A DNA stretch of 34,736 nt from Granulicella sp. (lineage in GTDB: Bacteria > Acidobacteriota > Terriglobia > Terriglobales > Acidobacteriaceae), in assembly GCA_027339965.1 (NCBI GenBank), contig DAHWNL010000087.1:1-34736 (forward strand). The letters run 5' to 3'. Numbering within the stretch: the stretch's first letter is position 1; the number at the start of each line of letters is the position of its first letter. This document shows positions 27,833-34,736 of this stretch, in pieces. The notes beneath the pieces are model-generated. The model worked only from the letters and a program-made list of their open reading frames with translations. It made no database searches and was not told the DNA's origin. Made by a program: the position numbers and the translations under genes.

Positions 27833-27949
27833 CTAAAGCAGTTTCAGTGCAGGTGTACCCAATGCCTCGACTTCAATGGGCGTTTCCCCCAATGAAAACG
27901 CCACTGTAAGCCCTCTTCGGGACACCCATCAACCCTGAAAATGCCATAG
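27833..27949. mobile_element. MITE-like non-autonomous element (~117 bp)
   Basis: Imperfect terminal IRs: CTAAAGCAGTTTCAG versus the reverse complement of the right end, CTATGGCATTTTCAG (12/15). Internal GGCGTTT...AAACGCC hairpin. Lies between convergent genes. Confidence 0.65.
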
Positions 27950-28042
27950 CATCGTTGGCGCAGCGCTACCGGCCTTGGGTTGGCGCCGCGCGTTACGAAC
28001 GCAGAACACCTCTGCCACGGAGGCTCTATCGCTCTTGGCCAA

Positions 28043-29545
28043 TCACTTTTGGCTGCCTGTATCGGTATCCGGCGGGCTCAGAGGCGCATTTTCCACCAGT
28101 GCCGTCTTTGGATGGATTGGCAGCACCAGCGGCTTCTGAGGACGCTGTGAAAAATCAAAATCGTTCATCAGATCTCCTAACAAAGGATCGTTCTCTCGAA
28201 CCTCTGGCCTCAAGTCCGGCCGTCCATCCGTCTTCGGATCCAGCCTTTCCCCATGCAGAAAAACATCTTCGATAAACTTCAGGTAAGCATCCGGACTCAG
28301 CGTCTGATGGTCGATATACCCCGGTTTCGCGTACGGGCTAATCAGAAGACCCGGAACGCGAATGCCAAGTCCCATCGAGTCCAGACGCGGAGGCGCCATG
28401 TGATCGTAGAACCCTCCCCAGTCATCCCAAGTCAGGAAGATCGCCGTGCTCTTCCAATCCGGACCTGTCATCGCCGCATTGATGATCCTTGTTACGTAAG
28501 ATTGCGCAACGCTCACCTTTGCAGGAGGATGATCGCTGTCAAAACCGTTCGGCGAGATCCAGACGACTGAAGGCAGTTTTCCTTCTTGGGCCGCCACAAA
28601 ATACTGGCTCAGATCCTGAATGTTGTCGAGTTGGTGATCGTCATGCACATCCGTAAATCCAGGCAGTACATTCCAAATAATAGGAACGCCGGACTGCGCA
28701 GTATGCCCCATGGGCATGCGGAATTTCCCGTTGTCCATGCCACGGTTCGGCTGTGGTTCTTCCGCTCCGTGGTCAAGGTAATATGTCCAACTCACATTTG
28801 CCTTGTGCAGTAGCCATGTGATCTCAGTCCAGGCGAAGGGCGTTGGATTCGCAACTGTTCTGTCTCTCGGCATCAGATTGCTCACACAAGTCTTGGGATC
28901 GTTCGAACTCGCGCAATTCGCTGACCATGCTGATACAAGCCACAAATGAGAAGGAAAACTCCACGAGTGGAGCGCTTCGAACATATGATCCTGAAGAACA
29001 AAATGCTTTGCATATGCCCAGTAGTTGGGAAGATCTGCTCCATTGAAGTAACCCAACACGGAATCAGCTTCTCTGGGATCTTGTGGGTTTCTGCAATACT
29101 GGAGCGTCGAGACCAGCGGATAAAGCCCATAGGACTTGGTCGCTTCGATGTCGGATATAAACCCATTCATTTTTCCATCTGCCACATCCACCATGGAAGC
29201 TTCTGCCTCGTGAGGTCCTCCGCAGGTTATGTCTGTATCCGTGTGGTAGGGCCGCACGCACTTGCCTGTGACAGGATCGGGCACACACACCGTCGGAACT
29301 CCGTTCCGCATCGGAATTCCATCCGCTCCCGGGTACGTTCCAAAATATTCATCAAAGGTGCGATTTTCCTGAAAAATGATGATGATATGTTTGATCGGGA
29401 TGTTTGTTTCCGCCGATGCCGCCCGCTTCTTGCTTGCGGCTTGAGCCGGCGCAGCCAAAATCGTCAAAACGCACGCAATGAGTACAGAAACAGAATTTGC
29501 TGGGATTCTGAAGCGCCAGCCCAATCGATGAGCTTCCATTTGCAC
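28043..29545 (-). CDS. phospholipase C / phosphoesterase family protein, secreted
   Basis: [58 protein letters not shown] start with GGAGGAAAGG RBS; AQA signal cleavage site. Confidence 0.92.
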   Translation of the reverse strand: MQMEAHRLGWRFRIPANSVSVLIACVLTILAAPAQAASKKRAASAETNIPIKHIIIIFQENRTFDEYFGTYPGADGIPMRNGVPTVCVPDPVTGKCVRPYHTDTDITCGGPHEAEASMVDVADGKMNGFISDIEATKSYGLYPLVSTLQYCRNPQDPREADSVLGYFNGADLPNYWAYAKHFVLQDHMFEALHSWSFPSHLWLVSAWSANCASSNDPKTCVSNLMPRDRTVANPTPFAWTEITWLLHKANVSWTYYLDHGAEEPQPNRGMDNGKFRMPMGHTAQSGVPIIWNVLPGFTDVHDDHQLDNIQDLSQYFVAAQEGKLPSVVWISPNGFDSDHPPAKVSVAQSYVTRIINAAMTGPDWKSTAIFLTWDDWGGFYDHMAPPRLDSMGLGIRVPGLLISPYAKPGYIDHQTLSPDAYLKFIEDVFLHGERLDPKTDGRPDLRPEVRENDPLLGDLMNDFDFSQRPQKPLVLPIHPKTALVENAPLSPPDTDTGSQK

Positions 29546-29962
29546 TTTCCTTTCCTCCGTGGAGACGGGAACCCGGTTGCAGGTCTTATGAATCAGGACA
29601 ACATCTCATCAAGCGACAAACTGGAGTTGGTTCTTCTTTTACGATCTTCAACGCAGTCGGCCACATCGCTCGGAGGATCGGTTATCCCGCTCTTGCATTA
29701 GCCAGCGCAGTTGTTGCTGCGGCTGCTGTGACGGCAATTGTAGGACTCCTGGCGGGGAGCTGTAAAGATTGCTACGCGGCCTTCTGAGTTCCCGGCCCTT
29801 CGCCCTCGGAGGCCACGGCTTGATGGGAGGAAGAAGCGGATCCCTTCCCGGGACAGATTCAGGCTCGACTCGAGGTGCAAAAGTCAATCCGCGCGATGGC
29901 GCCAAGTCGCGAAGCAAGTCGTGAACTCGCAGGCGTATACGCCTCCCCTCTTCACATTGCGG

Positions 29963-30391
29963 TTACTTGAGGCTCTTCCACCAGGGGGTGAGCGCAGTTG
30001 ACAGGATGATCTGGCAGAAGGGCACCAGGAGAAACCACGCCAGCACCGGCCAAATACGGAAGGGCCTTTGTGCCCGGGCTGCGCGGTTGATCTGGAAAAA
30101 GGCTCCGGTGATCATACCGCACGCAGACCAGTACGTGATGGCGGTAACCTCAAACGGCCCCGGACGCGTGGCGAAGACCATTGCGGCGATCGCGCCCAGG
30201 AGGATGGGGGACAAAATTCGCCACAGGCTCTTCTGCATCCAGCCGTTGGCCACGCCATGGAAGTCGAAGTGGATGGGAACCTCTTGCGGCAGCGCCTTAA
30301 AGGCGAGGTTGACGGCACAGACGTAGATGGCGGCAGTAGCAAAAGGCACCATGCCGGCGACCAGATACCATCGGTGGAGCGGAACTTTCAT
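29963..30391 (-). CDS. DUF1648 domain membrane protein
   Basis: LPQEVPIHFDFHGVANGW motif and about four hydrophobic segments. GGGAGG RBS. Confidence 0.85.
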   Translation of the reverse strand: MKVPLHRWYLVAGMVPFATAAIYVCAVNLAFKALPQEVPIHFDFHGVANGWMQKSLWRILSPILLGAIAAMVFATRPGPFEVTAITYWSACGMITGAFFQINRAARAQRPFRIWPVLAWFLLVPFCQIILSTALTPWWKSLK

Positions 30392-30440
30392 CGTATTCCT
30401 CCCGGCAATGGATAGTTTCCGTGATGCGCAGCGTCCGGCC

Positions 30441-30608
30441 ATGGATCCGGCTGGAGCAGCGCCGGCGGATGCTCGCGATACTAAAAGATTAGATGCCTAT
30501 TTGGCCAAAGTTCAGAAAGCGGAGAAGTCGAGCAAGAAGAAAAAGAAGAAGGCGCGGAAAAGCGCTGAGGTTTTGGGCAGCGAATCCCCGAGGAGAGAGA
30601 CCGTATGA
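30441..30608 (+). pseudogene. C-terminal remnant of an ArsR/SmtB-type regulator
   Basis: LEQRRRM and RLDAYLAKVQ lie in different frames. The stop overlaps the following SRPBCC ATG (ATGA), the usual ArsR-SRPBCC arrangement. Confidence 0.5.
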
Positions 30609-31020
30609 CGGCAAGTCAAGCGCAGGACCCTGAGTCGATGGCGAACTCCAGAATCTGCAAGGCTCCTCGAGAGGCTATCTTTGCGCTGTTGACCGACGCG
30701 GAGCCCATCTCAAAGTGGTAGAGGCCGCGCGAGTTCTCCACCAGAACCGAGCGGATGGACGTGAGGCCGGGCAGGCTGTGGATAGACATCACGGACTGCG
30801 AGGAGGGCGTGGAGTCTCCGAATCAGGTGCGGTGAGCGACGGTAGATCCTCGGCGGCAGATCGTCCTCGACCACCTCAACCAGCCTCGGTTTCAAAGGAT
30901 GGCGAACTTTACCGAGGTTGCACCGAACAGAACGGAGATCGAGTACACGCCCCAGTTCCAGGACGAAGAGGCTTGCCAATGAGGCGAGCGGCATGACGCG
31001 GCAAAGGCAGATGGAGAGAG
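30605..31020 (+). pseudogene. SRPBCC/AHSA1 domain pseudogene
   Basis: Manual translation gives SRICKAPREAIFALLTDAEPISKW*RPREFST...MDVRPGRLW...PNQVR*...IVLDH...PRF, with in-frame stops at 30719, 30833 and 30980. Confidence 0.75.
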
Positions 31021-31099
31021 GCACAGACTGCTCAAGGCATCTTTGTTGGAGAAGGAAGCTCGCCTTTGCGCGAGTTGCTGGTCGAGGTAGGCATACAGC

Positions 31100-31267
31100 G
31101 ACGCGTGGAGGCCGCTCGCTTGAGTGTGCGCGCGATCGCGCGCACACTCAACTCTCTGTCCCGCTTCACTTGAAGCTCGATACGCTGCTCAAGACTCAAC
31201 TGCTCATACGATCTGCCCATGCAACATCTCTTCCTCGAAGTGTTGCACTTCTACCTGGAGCGCGGCC
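31100..31267 (-). mobile_element. IS30-family remnant (left end plus transposase N-terminal HTH)
   Basis: MGRSYEQLSLEQR...SVRAIARTLKRAAST from ATG 31220. Upstream GAAGTGCAACAC resembles IS30-family IR cores. Confidence 0.8.
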
Positions 31268-31492
31268 TTGCCCAGTTATTCGCCGGAGCTGAACCCGGAC
31301 GAGTTGCTGAATGCCGACCTGAAGCAGAGAGTCACGAAGGCTGCTCCGGCACGAAACAAAATTGCCCTGACGCGCACTGCCATCAGTGCACTGCATAGCA
31401 TCCAGAAGCAGCCTGATCGAGTCGAACACTACTTCGGACAAAAAGATGTGTCGTAGGCCGCATAGGTCGCACTCTTCAGGGCCGGATCAGTA
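31268..31492 (+). mobile_element. IS630-family remnant (transposase C-terminus plus right end)
   Basis: LPSYSPELNPDELLNADLK...IQKQPDRVEHYF. Ends GGCCGGATCAG-TA, consistent with a TA target. Confidence 0.85.
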
Positions 31493-31582
31493 AAGGCTCG
31501 CTTTGCTTCTCCCTTCATATTTGACGTTCTCCCACATCGCCCTGATGCCTCCAGCGCATATTTGCGATGTCTTGCTTCCCAT

Positions 31583-32023
31583 TCAAAAATTTTGTTTCAT
31601 CCAGCGCATCATGGCATCTCTTGATCGGGGATGTTTGATCTTCATCCATCCGGGACCACTTTCAGCAAAGCGGCTCGCAGGAATCTGTTGAATTTGGACT
31701 TGACCGGGACGATATCCCGCGTCCTTCTCAATCCTCTGAATCTCATCGCTGGTCACGGGCGCAGACCCGGGAGGAAAGTCCAGCACGACCGAAGGCTGGC
31801 GAAGATTGAACTGCGCACTTTCCAGCGTCGGCAACGAATAAAGCCTCACCAGAATGTTGAAGAATCCACGCGGGGAAAATACTCCGTTCAATTGTGCAGT
31901 AACTCGCTGCCAGTCAGCACCTTGCGGGCGGCCTACCGATGTTTGCGGAGCGGCTGAGCAGGGCAGGAAGAGGAGCACTGCGAGTGAGAGAGTCCCTTGA
32001 GCCTTTCTTGCGCCGATCGTCAT
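31583..32023 (-). CDS. exported protein with an HMA/MerP-like ferredoxin fold lacking CxxC
   Basis: Signal peptide, then VTAQLNGVFSPRGFFNILVRLYSLPTLESAQFNL...VVLDF...VTSDEIQRIEKDAGY, matching the HMA pattern. 4 bp overlap with the upstream gene. Confidence 0.6.
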   Translation of the reverse strand: MTIGARKAQGTLSLAVLLFLPCSAAPQTSVGRPQGADWQRVTAQLNGVFSPRGFFNILVRLYSLPTLESAQFNLRQPSVVLDFPPGSAPVTSDEIQRIEKDAGYRPGQVQIQQIPASRFAESGPGWMKIKHPRSRDAMMRWMKQNF

Positions 32024-32952
32024 TGTCTGCGCCTCGAAAAACCAGAAAAATAATACTCAGTAAAAAATAGCAATTTGTGTTTTTCCAGCACATCGTTCGG
32101 GCTAGCCACGTCTTGTACGGCCGGAACCTGCATTCCCGCTCCAATCTCATAATGCAAGGTCGCGTACTCAACAATTGCGTCTACATCGAAGCTTGACTTG
32201 CTGGAGTCTGGAGTGATTCGGCCCGCAAGATGGGTAAGCGAATCGTGCTGGTAATTCTCTTCCACCGAGAGCCACAGCTCCTTGGGAAGTCCAAGCTCCG
32301 GCAGAGTGTGCGGATACAATCTCAGTTCTGACTGACCGTCCGCGCGAAACTGATCGCCGGGAGTTTCGCCCACATCCGTTACCGGATTGTGGCGGAAGGT
32401 GCTGTCCGCAGCCATCCCGTACTTTGGCCCGTTGCAGCCGAATGCCACGCCTCCATAAGGAGCCATGCTGCCGGACCCGGTTTGAATGGATGCAGGCAAT
32501 AGCCCGCTGGAGTCGCTAAGCGTATTGCTCCCGCTCGGCAGATACAGACCCGCCAAAGGGGCAACACGCAAGGTTGACTTTGGGGTATCCCGGCTGAATA
32601 ACGTGTAACGTGCAAACGCTAGAGTGTCGCCAAGGCCTCCCAGCTCCGTCTCGCTCGGGCCGGACGGCGTTGCTTGATGAATCGCCAGATACACCGGGTC
32701 GAACGTGGTGAAAATAGTCCACCGTCCACTAAGGCCGTAGGCTAAGTCGGAAGGAAACTGTGACCTTACAATGTCTTGGCTGTCGAACGCAGGATCCCAG
32801 TTGAATCGCGTGAACACTTGATTGTCCGCGACTGGTAGAGCGGTGACGAAGGTGACGGGGGCTGCAAATGCGGGCCGCGGGTGTCCAGCAAAAAGCCCAG
32901 CCAGCAAGCATGCGTAAGCCAGCCCTGGCGACAGTCTTTGAATGAACCTCAA
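32020..32952 (-). CDS. COG4313/Phenol_MetA_deg-like outer-membrane beta-barrel ('transporter')
   Basis: Signal peptide ending AFA; APVTFVTALPV, LAYGL, GLGD...RY, LPSG, QTGSGS; aromatic-rich terminal strand (FTEYYF). TTG start. Confidence 0.75.
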   Translation of the reverse strand: MRFIQRLSPGLAYACLLAGLFAGHPRPAFAAPVTFVTALPVADNQVFTRFNWDPAFDSQDIVRSQFPSDLAYGLSGRWTIFTTFDPVYLAIHQATPSGPSETELGGLGDTLAFARYTLFSRDTPKSTLRVAPLAGLYLPSGSNTLSDSSGLLPASIQTGSGSMAPYGGVAFGCNGPKYGMAADSTFRHNPVTDVGETPGDQFRADGQSELRLYPHTLPELGLPKELWLSVEENYQHDSLTHLAGRITPDSSKSSFDVDAIVEYATLHYEIGAGMQVPAVQDVASPNDVLEKHKLLFFTEYYFSGFSRRRQ

Positions 32953-33570
32953 AACAGATCAACCTTCTCACAAGAAATCGAACAGCATATTTCTCACAAC
33001 CCCATGCACTCCCTGCGAAGTGGGACTGCATTGCCCCTGCCAATCATGCAGACGCACTGCGAACGATAAACGTTATCAACTGGAACCGCTGGAAAGTTCC
33101 GTAACCTGGAGCAAGACTGTATTCCTTGGATATATCTTGATCGTGTAACATCTGGAAGCTATTTCGACAATCCCTTGCTTTTTTCGCCAAGATGCACATG
33201 AGAGGCGACATCAAAGCCGTACAGCCCGGCAGGCTCTCCCTGAACCAATCGCCACCGGCTGTTCGCCCTTCGTCGCGTCGCAAAGCACCTCGGACCGTTA
33301 ACTTGATCGCATGGCTTCACCTTTCCGGCACCGAGAGGGTGAATGAATCCAATTGGAGTAGCCGGGCAGGGCGCAGACTCCAATTGGCCCGCCGCTGGAC
33401 TGCGCTGCAGAAGGTCGCGAACGCGAGAGGAAACAGCAGCGCGATCCGCCGGGGCGAGGTAACGCGCCGCCGCCAAGTTGATATCCCGTGTTCGCAATTC
33501 GCCTCGATCAATTCCATTGTCGGCTATGCAATCAGGTCATTGAATAGATGTCAAGCAGCCCTGCTACAGG

Positions 33571-34592
33571 ACAGCAGTTCTAAATGGCAGAGGGATCGAG
33601 ATCGCTATTGGCGTCGGGGGAGAGTGATGCTCTGTTGAAGCATGGAGATATTGGAGTCGCTTGTGGGCGGGTTACGCAGGGTGTGCGCTGGACTTCCTGA
33701 TCCACGACGCGGTACGGATGTGGATTGCAGCATGGAGGATATTGGGCTTTCAGCGTTTTCCCTGTTTTTCATGCAGAGCGAGTCGCTCCGGGCCACAACC
33801 TGGTGCTGCCGTTGATGCCCGAGTTCATCACCCCGCAGGATGGAGCCGAAAAGCAGAATTGCGAGCGCAGTGCAGCCAAACGCTGGTTGCTGGCCCATGG
33901 AGAACGCGTCAAGGACTTGCGCCCGGTCTATGTGGGCGACGCTCTGTTCAGCAGCCAGCCGATGGCCGAGGCGATGCTGGCCACCGGTGCAGACTTTTTG
34001 TTGGTATGCAAAAGGGACAGCCACAAGACCCTGTACGAGTATGTCGAGGGAGTGTCGCTGGAGCAATATGAAGTGACCGGGACCCGGCAACCGCAGCCTG
34101 ACCTATCGCTACCGCTGGATCAACAGGGTTCCGCTGCGCGACGGCAAAGATGCGCTGAGCGTCGACTGGCTCGGGGTAAGCATCACCGATGCCAAGGGAA
34201 AGACCACCTACGATGGCGCCTTCGTGACCAGTCTGGCCTTGACGGAGGACAACGTGGTGGAAGTTACGGCCTGTGCGCGGGCGCGCTGGAAAATCGAGAA
34301 TGAGAGCTTCAGCGTGTTGAAGAATAACGGCTATAACCTGGCCCACAACTTCGGACACGGCAAACAATACCTGGCCCGGATCTTCGCCGCGATGAACCTG
34401 CTGGCCTTTGCCTTCCACACGGTTTGCGACTGCCTGGAAATCTCCTGGCAACAAGCCCGCCAGGCCATCGCAACCCGCTCCCGATTCTTTCAGGACCTCC
34501 ATACCATCTGCGCCTACGTCCTGTTCCCATCCTGGGCTTGCCTCATGATTCCTCTCATCTCCGGCAAAGCTCCGCCTATTTAGAATCGCTGG
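33571..34592 (+). mobile_element. ISNCY-family (ISDol1-like) insertion sequence, internally deleted, 1022 bp
   Basis: IRs ACAGCAGTTCTAAAT (33571-33585) and ATTTAGAATCGCTGG (34578-34592), 12/15 match. 7 bp direct repeat CTACAGG at 33564-33570 and 34593-34599. Confidence 0.88.
33642..34583 (+). pseudogene. ISNCY DDE transposase pseudogene
   Basis: LPDPR...DIGLSAFSLFFMQSES jumps by deletion near 33784 to VAPG...PEFITPQDGAEKQNCE...GDALF. Frameshift near 34080. RARWKIENE.F..LKNNGYNLAHNFGHG. The stop lies inside the right IR. Confidence 0.9.
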
Positions 34593-34736
34593 CTACAGGG
34601 CTTTCCCCAGAATTTCTCAGGCTGGCCAAACGAGGGCCAGTTCCAGTTGGGCATTCGGGGGTGATTCTTGTGGCGGCCGGAAGGCGCTTCCGGAGAGCAG
34701 GCGTCGAATTCCGTCTGCGAGAGCATAAAAGCGGAA

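Noticed and set aside
31050..31105. Minus-strand SLYAYLDQ resembling a resolvase HTH end
   Set aside because: Too short to support a call.
33065..33077. GATAAACGTTATC as a LacI-type operator
   Set aside because: Imperfect symmetry and no LacI gene in the window; could be chance.
1..34736. CRISPR array, tRNA/rRNA, known riboswitches or ribozymes
   Set aside because: No regularly spaced repeats with spacers, cloverleaf or recognisable consensus seen by eye; a cmscan/tRNAscan run would be needed to exclude them.

Overview
GC-rich bacterial chromosome segment. The gene content (TPR/FG-GAP/ASPIC-UnbV protein, tandem-HD HD-GYP protein, GH92, phosphoesterase) suggests Acidobacteriota, which is an inference. 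1-2.9 kb is a decaying defence/TA-type islet: a 5'-truncated PIN toxin, a UPF0175 antitoxin, a DUF3800-like protein, a convergent SocB/PD-(D/E)XK-like protein and a broken type III Mod methyltransferase. 3.2-24 kb holds mostly intact genes: CsoR/RcnR repressor, PfkB kinase, amidohydrolase, sugar-porter MFS with a large external insertion, HD-GYP, a dehydratase-neuC-DegT nucleotide-sugar operon, a TPR/FG-GAP protein, an amidase, and a GH15 gene divergent from otsA-otsB. This OtsA carries an N-terminal TM/Cache-like/TM module. 24-34.7 kb is an accessory mosaic: a chimeric MTase/PaeR7I-type REase pseudogene, GH92, a ~117 bp MITE-like element, phospholipase C-type phosphoesterase, DUF1648 protein, ArsR-SRPBCC pseudogenes, abutting IS30/IS630 remnants, a coupled COG4313-like beta-barrel plus cysteine-less HMA-like protein, and an internally deleted ISNCY element with IRs and a 7 bp target duplication. 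No rRNA, tRNA or CRISPR array was seen. The best candidates for novelty are the sensor-fused trehalose-6-P synthase, the barrel/Cys-less HMA pair and the PIN-UPF0175-DUF3800/SocB-like cluster. All family calls come from motif recognition by eye, not database searches.
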